NCBI GenBank assembly: GCA_030704615.1
Contig: CM060733.1
Coordinates: 44,764,001-44,828,000 of the forward strand
Origin: Takakia lepidozioides
Lineage: Eukaryota; Plantae; Bryophyta
Direction of reading: 5' to 3'
Length of the DNA: 64,000 nt
Shown here: positions 48,267 to 61,746 of the stretch, one piece after another
How positions within the stretch are numbered: the stretch's first letter is position 1
How the letters are laid out: every line of letters begins with the position of its first letter
Program-made: the position numbers and the translations under genes
The notes under the pieces: model-generated
The model's input: only the letters and a program-made list of their open reading frames with translations
What the model was told of the DNA's origin: nothing
The model's database searches: none

Positions 48267-51200
48267 GTGACACTATAAGGCTCTATTACTAATTCTAATA
48301 GTGACACGGGTAGGCACCTGTTGCAGTTTTAAGGGTCATATCCCAGTGGCTCAGGGCACCTGCACCTGCATCCACTGCAAGAACTCCTATGGTTGGCTGG
48401 TCATCAACCCAGTCTCACCATAGAAGAAACACTGGTGGTCTTGCTGGTCATCACTCCAGCCTCACCACCGACAACATACTCTAGGATTGACCGGTGATCA
48501 AATCCGGCCTAATCCCTATGAAAGCAAGCACCCACACAAAACCAACATGGCGCACAGTCAAGCATGCAGGTGTTGGGGGGGATCCAAACACAAGAAATCA
48601 AAACATCAACACCCCCACACCAAAATCCATCTGCAGTGCTGACCTGCAGAATATCCCAGCCCAAAACCCCGGACTGACTGGCCTCCACCAAGAGAGACTT
48701 TGGCAACTACAAGTACAAAGTAATGAAAATAGTAAAGAGATGGAGGGGAAGAATAGAAGCCCGACCAAGCAAGATCTAATCCTGATCTATGCTATCAACT
48801 GCCAGACTTCTCTCAAAGTGCCTCGCTCTGCATGATGGTAAGGTGTAGGAGGTATATCTATGTCCAGAAACCTGCCACTAACCTTGTCCTAAGCTACAGT
48901 AGCTCGCTCTAACCAACCCTCCTCCTCTTTCTACCATGTAGAGACAAATCAATACTCCCCTATCTCCCGCTCACTGAACACTAAAGAAAACAAAGGTAGG
49001 GTCTGATAGTCTCTCAACTCGAAAGCTTTGAGACGGTTGCGGGTGTCCTCATTGCGAATGACTGCATCTCCTTCAAACAGAACAAACTTGTCCTCGCTAA
49101 TGAACCCCCGCTCGTGGTTGTCTTGTGCAGAGCGTGTCCGGCTGCAACGCTGTCTGATTGCACAAACTTGTGTAGCTCCTGCTCCTCTACTCCAATACAC
49201 ACACGGCCTTGTGGCTGAACACCTTGGTCCACGGGGCTGTCTTTGGCTGTGTTCCAAGCCTACCTTTAACCCACTTTGGTATTTCACCTACAGCTGCAGA
49301 ACTGCTGGCTCCAATAGAGTTCTGATTGTCCAAGGCGATATTGAGGCCCTCAACGCCAACTACAGCAGTCTGTTGTCTACTGCTAATGCCTGACTCCCAG
49401 TATGCAATCAACTCGTCCAACTGTTCTCTACTCAAATCAGTCTGAGTTCCTTGGGAAACATAAATCTTGTTCCCTTGTGTGCACAGGTTAAGAGTCGAGA
49501 CCTACCCTTCAATTACGTCCTCATTTCCCCCAGCCATACAAGGAGGACATCCACAGGCTTGTCTCTCATATAGACCAGAACAGGTTCTAGAAACAGAATT
49601 GTGGATCTTTCATGGCACACTCACACTCTAAAAATTCCATAGATTTTTAGCAGAGTCCAAAAAACAAAAACCAGGTCTGCATAGGTAGATTTCCCCTTTC
49701 TGCAGCTATCCTCTCAAAAAATGAGTCAAACGGAGCTCATTTGACAAAGATATGACCAACCATGCTCTTTAAACATAACATTTTTTTAAAAATAAAATAA
49801 AATTAATAAGACAAAACAAATACAAGGAATTTTTTATTTTTATTTTTTCAATACTTGTCTTGGTTCCCTGTTCCCTGGTTCCCTAAGAATTCCTTGGACT
49901 CATAAACTGCAAGGCCAATTGGTCCTGAAAGAAATGTCCTCACATTAATCACGCATTCAGTATGCTCAGGGGAGAGAGGCAAGGCGGACGCAGATGATGG
50001 CAGCGATGGCCAAGCCTGCGCAAGCAAGCAGGAACAAGGAGGTGGTGCGGGGTGTTGGCCGATTCGGCCGATCAAAGACCTGATCAAAGGGTTGCACATG
50101 AGCAGCTTGCATGCTCGTCAATCTCCAAAGCCATGCAGCAGAGATGCCCGTCAGCTCCTACCAGCTCCTGGTTCTGCTCAGTCCTCACGGCTACCTACTC
50201 TTTGTCGTACACAACACTCAAAACCAGAAATCACCCTCGCTCCCCTTCAGGCTCACGAGGTTCAAGCTGGTTCCACTCACACAGGATGTCCAGTGAATGC
50301 TTGGAAGTCTAGTACACCACAGCACTCGGCTTAGAACAAGCACCTCCAGGGAAGCAGTGAAGCTGCGATTTCCTACTTATCTCTTCAGTCCGCCTCTCAT
50401 CCTCACATCAGCATTTCGCACGCAACGATTCGCAGATGACAACCTCTCTACCATCCTCCACGCTACAGCGGAGTTGCAGCAAACTGGTCTGCACCACAAG
50501 GAAAGAGGTCTGCATCTGGAGCATTGGAAGCCCTATCTTCCGGACTCACTTGCAATGGCTCTGACTTGTGCAGATCACCCAACCAGGCACATACGGGTAT
50601 GTCCCAGCTGCAAATCTTCTTTCTCAAATCGTCATGGTCAAAACCTTCCCTAGAGCTAGAACACTTTGCGCATTTCAGTCAACGTGAACTTCGTCCCCCT
50701 TCTTCAACAGCTCTTGAACACCTTCAGTTGGACTATCACGATGTGGGAAATTAACTATATTATCCGGCACACCTCCAAAAGGACGAGGTCCGATTGAACA
50801 ACACACTTACTGTCAACGAATGTGGTGCACAGTCAGGAACACTTGTTTTTGCAAACCTGGAGTAGGACACTTGAAGTGCACGTGGTGCGCAATCCCTCTC
50901 TGGCTTTTGTGTTTCCTTTCATGGACGTCTGTTGTGGAGCAGGAAACCATGTCCGTGAAGTACTTCCACTACTTGTGTCCACACCACCATGTCCAGCCAG
51001 CTTGATGCTAATGATCGCCGTCTCTCTCATCCGACCCTCAGCAGCCTGTCGTGCTCACCCCCTCCACGGGAACTTCATTCGATAGAGAGAGATCTGTTTT
51101 CCTGAATCACATAGCTGCGCCTCTGAAACCGTATCCTATGTTGATTGCTTATTCTTGCATAAAGCGTAGGAAACGCAGCCCGCAGTTCACAAGCACTAAG

Positions 51201-51335
51201 CTCGCCACATAATCAGAATCAGTTTCAAGAAACATGACATGGGAGATACAAGACACTGGTCTTCGATTCAAATGTCGGGCCCTGCTTTTTCTTTGCTCGA
51301 AGGAGCTCGAGCAAAGGAAGAAACGAAAACCCACT

Positions 51336-51600
51336 TTACCGCTGCTGGTGCTGGATTCCAATGAGCACCTTTAGCACGTATTGCATGGAGGGGCGTCTAT
51401 CAGGCACCTCGTGTGTGCAAAGCATGGCCACATCCATCAGCTGCAACAGCTGCTTGTCAATACCTATGGTCTTCAGCAATTTCACATCAAGAACTTGTCT
51501 GGCCAGCTCTAGCTTCGCCAATGCTTGCCGCACCCACTGTGAGCTGTTCATGCCCTTACTGACCAGAACGAAGGCTGCTTCCCCGTAGTATAGCTCCGTC
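51336..51600 (-). pseudogene. C-terminal fragment of a receptor-like kinase domain (subdomains X-XI)
   Basis: TGKQP..QWVR..VLD..QLLQLMDVAMLCTHEVPDRRPSMQYVLKVL. Confidence 0.6.
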
Positions 51601-52214
51601 CTGCCCCTGCGGCCTTATGCCAGAACCAACGCTATCCTTACCAGTGGAAAGACACCAGTTCTTTGCCCCTGCTTGACATGCAGCCTGCCTCCATGGACCA
51701 TCTATATACACAGAAACCAGAGATGATCGAAACCTGCATGTTTCTTTTGGTTTTTTTTTTTTTTTTTTAAGCTTCTCAAACTAAGCACTACTTTCGCACA
51801 GGTAATCATACAAGTGCTAACCCTCAACTCCTACCTTGCACTCACAGGTAAGAGCTCATCTCTCTCGAGTGATAAACAAGCTAAAAAGACACACACTCTC
51901 AACACAAGAAATATGAAATCCATCGCTATCACTCTTTAAAAATAGAAGTCGAGCCAGGGGCACCCCAAGCTATGGGGACTCCACCCCACAACAACCTACA
52001 CTCCCATCATAAGCACACTCAGATCTAAACGCATGAAGGAGCTCGGTCGCGCAGGCTCAACTCGAGAGAGATGAGCTGCGCGACTGCCGCTCTCGTGAAG
52101 ATAAGACGGTTCAGGTGTCAAACTAAACTTGATACCTGATTTAACACTTGACCTAAATCCAAGTGTTAAATATAAATAACTAGTTTTATTCTAGTTGTTT
52201 TCACACTATGCTTA

Positions 52215-55200
52215 TTTAACTTGACAAACCCTTGAGGCTGCTCCATATAAACCTCCTCCTCCAAATCTCCATTTAAGAAGGCGGTTTTCACGTCCATTTG
52301 ATGGACCTCCAGATTTGATAGTGCGGCAATAGCCAAAATAGTCCTGATAGAAGATATCTTTGCAACAGGTGAAAATGTCTCATTATAATCCACTTTTTCT
52401 CTCTGAGAAAAACCTCTTGCAACTAGTCTGGCTTTATACCTTTTCACTGATCAATCCATCTGCTTTAAGTTTGAGTTTATAGATCCACTTACATCCAACA
52501 GTCTTTCTCCCTTGTGGAAGTTTAGTTAGCTTTCAAGTACCATTCTTTAGTAAGGATGCAAACTCTTCATTCATAGCCTTTTGCCATCTTAACGCCTCTC
52601 TACAACTGAGAGCTTCCTTAAATGACACTGGCTCTTCATTTTCAACAAGCATTGTTTGTAACAAATCAAGAGATTCTATGAGTCTTTGACTGGGTCTTCT
52701 CTCTCTCATGGACCTGCGAACTTGGATATCAAGTTGAACCCTAGGTGCTCGTAGTTGAGGTTGAGCCACTTGAACATTTGCTGGAATATTACTTGGCTGT
52801 GATGTCTCTATTTCCTCATTAGAGCCAGAATCACAATCTTTGTCCATGTCCAAACCTAGATCCACATTTGATCCCTTCTCAGGCTCACCACCTCGAAGTG
52901 TCTTTGGTTTCCATGCTTCATTGAAAACCACATCACGACTAACTAACAAGACTTTGTTAGCTAGATCAAACAACCGATAGGATTTACTGGCTTTCGAATA
53001 ACCCACAAAAATACACTTTGTGCTTTTATCATCAAGCTTCTTCGTATTCTCCTTAGGGATATGAACAAAAGCTTCACAACCAAAAACACGTAAATGCTTC
53101 GCTGAGGGCTTCTGGCCAGTCCACACTTCCTCCGGTGTCCTTCTTGGCACAACACTTATAGGTACCATGTTTAATACATAGTTGGCCGTTTGCACAGCAT
53201 CTGCCCACCATTTGTTGTCTAACCCACTATGCTTCAACATTGTCCTTGCTGCTTCTACCAATGACCGGTTCTTACGTTCAGCCACCCCGTTCTGCTCTGG
53301 GGTGTAAGGAGCAGTCAATTGATGCTCAATTCCTTCTCTCATGCAAAATTGAGCAAAAGCATTTGATTTGTACTCCCCTCCATTGTCAGAGTGCAATTTC
53401 TTGACTCGCTTCCTTATCTGTGTTTCCACCAGAGACTTATAGATCTTGAACTTGTCTAAAGCTTCACTTTTATTCTTCAGAAAATAAACTAGTGTTCTTC
53501 TAGACAAATAATCTATGAACGTCATAAAGTATTTTGTTCCTCCAATTGATATTGTTTGCATGGGGCCGCAAACGTCTGAATGTACCAACTCCAACAACTC
53601 CACGACACGACTTCCTCCTCCTTTAGGAAATAAATGCCTATGTTGTTTGCCAAATATGCACTCTTCGCAAAAAGATTTTCCAACTGAGCAATCAATATTG
53701 AAATCTTGAACCATGTTCTTAGAATGCATTAGACGTAGAGTTTTATACTGAGATGGGCCAGCCGACGATGCCAAAGATCAATTCTTCTGTCTTTGACGAT
53801 TAAGGCACTTTCAGACGCTTTATCTTGAGGTAAGACTGAAAAAACACACAACTTATACAAGTTACCTTCTCTCACCCCCTTCGCCACCACATCTCCATCT
53901 GTTGTCTTCAAAAGACAATAATTAGCATGAAACTCAAGTTGTAATCCAGAGTAACTTTACTCATTGACAGTAAATTCTTGGTCAACCCTGGAACAAATAA
54001 CACATCATTTATATATTTCTTTCTTCCTTCTTGTATAAAACAAACCTGGCCTTGACCCTGAATTATGTGACTACTGTCGTCTCCCAAGTAAACCTTCCGA
54101 ACAAGATCCCATTGTTTGTACTTTACAAACAAATCTTTGTGAGAGGTCATATGTTGAGAAGCCCCCGAGTCAATATACCAGTCATCAAGATCCTTTGAGA
54201 AAGAAGTAGAGAGAGTTGTAACAAATAGTTTCTCACAATCAATACTATCGGCATCCTCCACTGAATGAGCTTGGGTCTTTCCATCTCCCTTCTTCATCTG
54301 CCCATCTGTCATTCTCTTCCTACATTGTTTCGCCATGTGACCGACTTTCTTGCAATAAAAGCATTTACCCTTCAATTCTTTTTCGCAGGTGTAAGAGAAC
54401 TACTTGACAAACTATTTGATGACCATTTTGTTAGTGTACTACTAATACTCATATTGTTATTTTTATTTGCTTCTGAGGCTCATTTCTTTTTATTAAGACC
54501 TGATTTCCTTCCAGCAAATAAAGCAACACTCTCAGTTGTCCCAACCCCGAAATCTCTTCGCCTCATCTCTTCTTGTAGTAGCATTCCAGTTACCCTTTCT
54601 ATAGTCAACGCTTACTGACTACTAAGAGAAATGACTAGGCTATCAAAAGATTCAGGTAGACTGCCTAATAAGGTGATTACCTGATCGTCTGCAGACACAG
54701 GAGACCCTATCCCTGCCAATTGATCGATTAATGATCTAAAGTTACTAACATGCTCTGCTACATATTCTGATTCAGACATTTTTAAACGGAGCAGTCGTCT
54801 TTTTAAATAAAGCTTAGAAGTGACATCTTTCGTTTCAAATACTGTCATTAAATGATCCCACGTTGCATTAGATGTTGTAGCCTGACTGACATGCAAAAAC
54901 TGAAAGTCTTTTAAGTTTAATAGGATTGATGCAAGTGCTTTTCCATCTCTCTTCCCCCACTCTTTCACAACATTTTGATCTGTAGCAGCAGGCTTCGCTT
55001 CAGTCCCATCTAATATGGACCAAAGATTTCTATCTAAAAATAGCATTCCGATCTTCAGCTTCCAAATATGGAAGTTTTCTCCGTCGAAACGTATCTATTA
55101 AACGGAGTTTTCCCGAGTTCCTGACTACTCCAGCCATGCTTACGAATTGATCTAGTTCTCTCTTAGAAACGACACTGTCTTTCCACCTTGCTCTCTAAGT

Positions 55201-55461
55201 GGCTCTGATACCATGTCACAGTTCCTAAAATTCCATAGACTTGACAAGACAAGACAATGACAACAGGAGAGAGATAGAACGCTTTCACGGAGCATAACAT
55301 TAAGACATGATCACAATACAAGCAGAAATATCTGCCTTGATGCCAACTGACATCTAAAACCCGTGTACCAACCAACGTAACAGATAATTACTTAGAACTG
55401 ACTAGTAAGTGTTACTCAATGTTTCAGGTAGCATAGGTTGTGACGCTTCATATCATTAACA
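52215..55461 (-). mobile_element. Ty1/copia retrotransposon, 3'-truncated within RT; 5' LTR ~55214-55461, tRNA-Met PBS 55201-55213, frameshifted gag-pol 55137-52215
   Basis: PBS TGGTATCAGAGCC on the - strand; gag (DGKALASILLNL, LLGSLPESFD), CFYCKKVGHMAKQC, WYIDSGASQHMT, LWHRRLAH, VHSDVCGP, SDNGGEY, TPEQNGVAERKNR, YKARLVARGFSQ, QMDVKTAFLNG. Confidence 0.92.
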
Positions 55462-55924
55462 CCATCAACGACATTCCCCATAGGCGTCAAAGGATACCGA
55501 TCAGGTACTCGTGGAGGTCTACGACCTCGACTTCTAGGCGCACGCACCATCTTGTTCGAATTGAATGATCAAGAATTCTAAGTATTGCTCTACAGATCCA
55601 AAATCTTGAATCCAAAACAATTTATGAGATCTCAACATGTCAGACAAGATGAGGAACTAGAACTGAAAAGCACATACAACCTAGGTCGAAGCATCTGTAG
55701 ATAAAAAAGACAAGCGCCTGCACTGAAAGAAAGAGCCAGAAGGAGATCAAGAATTGAGATACACCACACGTTATGTGTGAGCTACGTGTTTGCTGAGCTG
55801 TCAAAACAGACGTGGAATAACTCGCTAACTACCAATCACGTAAGGTAATGCCGCTCATGGGCGCCATTACCTAGTATGGAATGGTACTCTTGAGTTGTGG
55901 TAGGCTGGTAGGCTAGTTATTTCC

Positions 55925-56120
55925 GCACGCATATATTTGTACTGATTTTTGTTCAAAGAAATTTTGATCTTATTACAAACAGTTTTCGGTGGAATTTTTG
56001 GGCATTAGGCACTTTGGTCCCATAATTTCCCAACAATTAGGCCAAAATCTGAAAAATTCACCGAATTTACTAGGCACTTTCATTTTGAATTAATTATCGC
56101 CTACACGGTTGTCCAGGGGA
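55925..56120. mobile_element. Third (truncated) copy of the TA-flanked MITE
   Basis: Same right-half sequence ending gcctacacggttgtccagggga. Confidence 0.8.
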
Positions 56121-56330
56121 TTTAGCTTAGCTGGCAGCCTTGCTGTCACAGCATCTTGGGTGCAATATGGGTACCCTATGCATCAGAAGAATCACGGGAT
56201 CAGCATCGGCGATCCTCTGCCGTTTATCCTTTCTACCTAGTATGCACGCTCTGCTGAGCTGTATTTCCCCATACCAGCTTAACACTACAGAGGAAGGAGA
56301 ATCTCTAGTGGAGCAGGAATACGCCTTGAC

Positions 56331-57575
56331 AGAGCGTATCTACTTAGGTCTCCCGAGGAAGACGATGGAGACGAACATGAGCACGAAGGGGTGACAGTTA
56401 TGGCGGACCTGCCTGCCATCACATCTTTGGAGAAGGAGAGAAAGCAAGGAAACTTTTGGAAAGCGCTCGTACACTCAACCCTCATTGGGCCAAGCCCAAG
56501 AAATTTGAAATGGGACTGTTGGGCTTGTCTTGGGTGACGTTTTCTTCCACAATCCCTGAGTGCGGATTTCATCTTGAGGCTAAAATTGAGCAAAACAATT
56601 ATATTTCAATGCTAAGCTTCTTGGTCTCCACCGGTCGGGAAGTGTTCCTTTCCTTTTGGGCTGGCCCAACAAGTTGGCACCATAACTAACGCAATGTGGG
56701 CACGTAAAAACCAGTACCACATACTTGGCTTCCTTCATCTGCCCAGCCAATCTCTTGAGCTCAGCATGGATTTCCTCAATTCGTGGATGCAACTTGTCGT
56801 CAACTACAGAAAAACATATTACCGAGTGGTTCACCTCGATGAGCTACGCCCTGGCACCTTTCTGATGCATGGATGTTGCTGAAAGCTAAAGTAGCACTCC
56901 GTCATAAAGAAACCTTCGATGCTCGTGGAGTTTGTGGCACGAAGGTCAACAATGGAGCAGGGATGGCAAGAATTCTTGAAGATCCTTCACAATGGTGGGA
57001 CAACTGTGTTGGCAAGGTGCGGTTTCTTTATGTATGATGTCAAGGAATTTGTCTGTTCTGCAAAAGGATCAATACTGCTGGCGTAGGTTCTTCTAAGCAG
57101 GCCATGAAACTTTACTGCATAAGGGGTTTTCCTGGTGTGAGGGTCAGCTTGGTCTTAGGAGGCTGTGTTTAATGCAAACGGAAGGCTTGAAGCCACACAG
57201 TATCACTTTGGATGTGTTCTCTCTGCATGTAGCCATGTTGGCGCTCCGATTCCCTAAGTCAAGATGAGGCGTCACTTGTACAGTGGATCACTTTGCCTGA
57301 TGTTGAACCTTGGTCGGGCAATTGGAGGCTTAGGGCTTTATTGAAACCCAATGCTTCTGTGTGCAAAGCCTTGCTCGGTGTGCGGAATTCATGGCAGTAT
57401 GGAGGTGGCAGAACGTCGATTCTCAGGCAGGATGTGGAACATGTGTTGTCCAAATGTTGATGCTGCAGCTGGCAGGTGGGATGATACTGGAAAGGTGACA
57501 ACAACGATGAAGGTCAGAAAGGAGTAAATCGAGGCTGGATTGAGATCGGCAGTGAGGTGCTAACCTTCATTTCCA
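56331..57575. pseudogene. Mosaic of F-box and PPR fragments related to 34590-36360
   Basis: 56331-56468 is an inverted copy of F-box 36221-36360; 56715-56862 is a direct copy of PPR-E+ 34925-35072; 56941-57175 is an inverted copy of 34598-34832; 57190-57575 has + strand PPR/E motifs (VLSACSHVG, KPNASV.KALLG, AAGRWDD, GWIEIGSEVLTF). Confidence 0.75.
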
Positions 57576-60500
57576 GTGACAATTATAATCCACAAAATTG
57601 AGGAAATAGGTACTGAGCTGAGAAGATTTTCTGGTCTGGCTATTGATGTTGGACTGATTAGCACAGTTCCTGGGTTTAGTTGACCCCTAGGATTGTTGGT
57701 CATGATGTACTGTTGGTCATGGCATGTCGGCCTTTTAAGAGCCTGCAGCCGGGTGTTGGGTCTACCACCTGGAGGTGGAAACTCAGCCTGAATTGCCACA
57801 AGCCCAGCGTAATCATGGGGAATCTGGTTACAGGCATTATCATACCTTGGAACAGGCCCCACACCTGCCATTGTGTAGTAGAAAGTCCTGGCCTGAGGGG
57901 TTCGTGCCATTGAAGTCTTGCAGAGACTTTCTACAGAATGAAGACCTGTGAACCCCTGGATGATATCTCATCGAATGGACAAGAATGCTTTCCACCTTTC
58001 CACCTTTCCACCTTCTCCCCCCACAACATGGTGGAACCAGTGGTTCCATGCTACTGGTTGGGTTCCACACTCTGTCCACTTACAGGCCGTTCAAACTCAT
58101 AACGTCCCTCTAAATTACACTGGAAATTGTGGTGGGTAAGGGGGCTCCCCGGAGGACTCCATCCCAACCCACCAGAATGGCCGGTGCGGGGCCACTCCAG
58201 CTCTGCAAATCATAATGACATACCTGCACCTTATAATTCACTAGAGACTAGAGAGAGTATGTAGAAAAGTCGATTTGCCCATTACACCAGGACGTTGGAA
58301 AGAGCAGGAACCAGGGCAAATGATTCTACCTACTACTTGGCCTAATCCTTCGTCCTCTTCAACTTCGCCAGAATGAGCAAGCAAAATCCATTATGGTAGA
58401 TATACAGGGTGCTCAAGATCAAGTGTTTGCAGTACTTGAGCCATGCATGGGTCCTGTGAAGTAAGCTGACAGGGGTCCTCGGTTGACACTCCATTACGTC
58501 CAATTTGGACCTGAACAAAGTGACTAGTGAACATGGAAGCTAACATACCTTATTGGACTGGTCATCTATGATGTCGATGGAGCTGACACCTCATGAATAT
58601 CAGAGAAGGCTCTGACGCGCTGGGGAATGGTCGAAGGCTCACTGGGTGACTTATGACCAACTACCAGCGTCGGACACACTATCTTTATTGCCAAAGTCGA
58701 CCAAAGGCATGTTGATTGAATCAGTATGATTATTAGAGGGCCACTGATCTGCAAACATACCTCTAGCCTCAACCGTGAGAATGTCATTCCAGTGCATCAA
58801 CTCCCAGCAAAACATAAAGATGATATATGGGCAGTTATTTACGCTTCCTTCGGGGGGGCGTCAAATATTATTATTATGGGCAGTTCGAACTAAGTCACGT
58901 TGAGCAGTAACTCAGCTCATCTGAGAGTTCAACCCATGCAGGGTGCTAGGAATTCTTGGCAGCCGCAGCAATACAGGGCCAATAACCAGTACATCTCCAA
59001 TGATTTTCCCAGGTCACTCACTACTTGGCGCCGATATGGCCGTGCTTTACATAGATATACATGCACGAGAATGAGCTCCCTCACGTTGCTTCTTCAGCAA
59101 CATCAACAGCGTACGAACAATGGTTTCAAGAGGACCAACTTAACTCAAAATGGCTTTGCAGTCAAACAGTCCAGTCAGCAGCTGGAAAGTCGACATGGAT
59201 CGAATATCGGAAAGTGAGGCGTTGTAGGTACCTCATGTATGTAATCCAAAAGAACTTGCATTTGAGTTGGTGCCTGCTAGCGGCCATAGGCCTACCACCT
59301 GCACCTATCCTATTCGAGCATGAAAAAACAAGGGATTATCCAGTGGTATAGGGCCCACCGAGGGCCCAGCCCGGAAAGGCGGCAGTTCCGGCGTCTTCTC
59401 TCGTAGTCTTATTACGCATACCTTGGAAACAAATTCCCAATACAGACTACCTATGTCGATTGCAGTTTGCTCCACCTCATAGCATCCAATACAGCCTCCA
59501 AATGACAGACCTTCTAATGATTCACCAAAAGAGTAGGAAGATCCAGCTGAGCCTCGCCCATTTTAGAGTTTTCAAAAGTCTAGTTTGAATTTCAAAATGT
59601 GAAGGGGTCGGATCTTCATACGGTATACCATAATGTGTGTATAAAGTATAAAGTCTAAAGTGCCCACAACCTAAGCTAAGTACCTACAGCTAGTTCCTGC
59701 TCATGTGGGACAACGGAGTCAGAAATGATAGCCTGAATCTGTCGAGATAGTCCCAATTCGATCACGGGACCCACTGAGCAACTTTGATCTACGCAAAACA
59801 TTCCCCAATGTGCAATTGGGTACTTCCAAGTGCTTGGAGCCCTTGGGAAGCAATTGCTCTCCCTAACTTTTAGGTAGTATCGGAAAGCACGCTCAAATGC
59901 TCAGTACAAGTACTGTACCTGTCACCTTGCTATCGAATATACTTTGCATTCAAAGCTTGACTGAGCCCAGCGACGTGGGCCGTCGCGGACCTCGGCCTCG
60001 CACATTCATCTTCCCTGCAGGTATTCCTGGAATCTCGCACAAGACTCCAAAGTCAGAAAAACATGGAAGCATGCATGTATCCAACATCCTCCCGATTCCG
60101 TGCTCGGATCTCACTCTCACAAAAAGAGAATTACGAAGCCCTGCAAAGCGCTGCCGCTCTCCGACCCCACCCCTTCATTCTTTCTCTTTTTCTTTTCTCC
60201 TTTTCCACCTCAAAACTCGTATTTTTTTAAATTATTTTAGAAAGGGAAACACCTGGGAGCGACAGCTCACAGAGAGAGGAGAAAATAACCTCTCAGTAAC
60301 CTCGCCGTAAGGCTTTCCGATGCGACACTGCGCAGAGAAGGGGAGAAGAGCGTACCACACCCGTCAAGTAGCAGGATTTGACCCCAGGGTCATCCGGATG
60401 GCACTCAGTGCACTCAGTAAAATTTCAACACAAAAAAACAAAAATCGAAAGCCCCATTTAATTTTTGCGAAATTTTTAGCGATGCACAACAATTCAACCA

Positions 60501-60734
60501 ATGGAACCTAAGTCTAGGGAAGGGGGCGGAAAGTCAGAAAAGATTTTATGTATTGACGTAACAGAATTATCCCATATTGTTTGCAGCTATCGCGCAGTGC
60601 CTCAGTGTATATATAGTACTATTGCTAATCAATTCCAAGTAAGCAAGATAGAAATGAAAAAGGAAAAATGAAAGGAAATTATTGGATGATGGAGATTTAC
60701 ATAGAATAGTAAATGTCAGTCCTGGTTGTTATTA

Positions 60735-60894
60735 GTCGGTCCCACGGCAGAGCAAAATCGGGACACTGTCACATCCGGTTGTCGGTCCCACGGTAAACGT
60801 GCCCGGAAAAGCGCAATAGGGACACTGTCACATCCGGTGAGTCGGTCCCACTGTAAACGTGCCCGGGAAAGCAAAATACGGACACTGTCACATG
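60735..60894 (+). repeat. Tandem repeat, ~3 units of 45-60 bp
   Basis: gtcggtcccac..ggacactgtcacat repeated three times. Confidence 0.85.
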
Positions 60895-61282
60895 CGCCAA
60901 CGACGCCGCCCAGATGCCATCCAAAAGAGCGATAACCCGACGATTCCTGAAAAGTACTCGAGATTTTTATTGACACATTTGTGATCTTTTCCCGCAGTCT
61001 GTATCAATATCCAGGCAAATTAAAGGTGCTGCTAAATTTTATTTTAAAAAAAAGGGGGAATATCGATAATTAATTAATTAATGGACCACACCTTTGTGAA
61101 AATAATAATAATAATACATCCAACCCCAAATATCTTTTTTCTTTAAGCATGTGCGGAAGGAGGTTATGGACTCGTCACGGTTCTGCCCACATATCTGGGG
61201 AAATGGGTCTAACGTGACGGCTGTAGGCGTGGAATTGGGTGTAAGTAACTAACTTTTGGTGGAGTTCTTCTCTCCCGAAGGT

Positions 61283-61550
61283 TCTATAATCCTCTTCCAC
61301 CAGCGGCAGGAATTTTCCTCTGTATTTCAGGGAATACTTACCGTGCGCAACAGTCCACCATCTGGGCCGGGCGAGGACCTTCTAATCCTCTACCACCAGC
61401 TGCAGGAATTTTCCTCTGTATTTCAGGGAATGCTTACCGTGCGCAGCAGTCCACCATCTTTGGGCCGGGCGAGGACCTTCTAATCCTCTTCCACCAGCGG
61501 CAGGAATTTTCCTCTGTATTTTGGGGACGCTTACCGTCAATCCACCATCG
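61283..61550 (+). repeat. Tandem repeat, ~2.7 units of ~98 bp
   Basis: aatcctcttccaccagcggcaggaattttcctctgtattt..ccaccatc repeated. Confidence 0.88.
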
Positions 61551-61746
61551 GAGCTAGCGCGGATACTCCTTCCAATTTTTCCCACTCCACTGAGGGAGGG
61601 TTGACCCAATGTTTAAACTCAGGGTGTCGCCGAATTTAATCCGTTAAGATCAGTGGCAGACTATTCCTTCTTTGAAGTGTGGTGGATTAAGATGCTGACA
61701 TGGAATTCGCACCTTCATATGGAATAATAAGGATGTACATTTTTTA

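Noticed and set aside
39420-51700. LTR pair and PBS for the DNMT-gypsy element
   Set aside because: No direct repeat between the two flanks and no convincing PBS or PPT could be seen by eye
51770-52205. 3' LTR of the copia element
   Set aside because: LTR-like composition but no similarity to the 5' LTR at 55214-55461; probably an unrelated insertion
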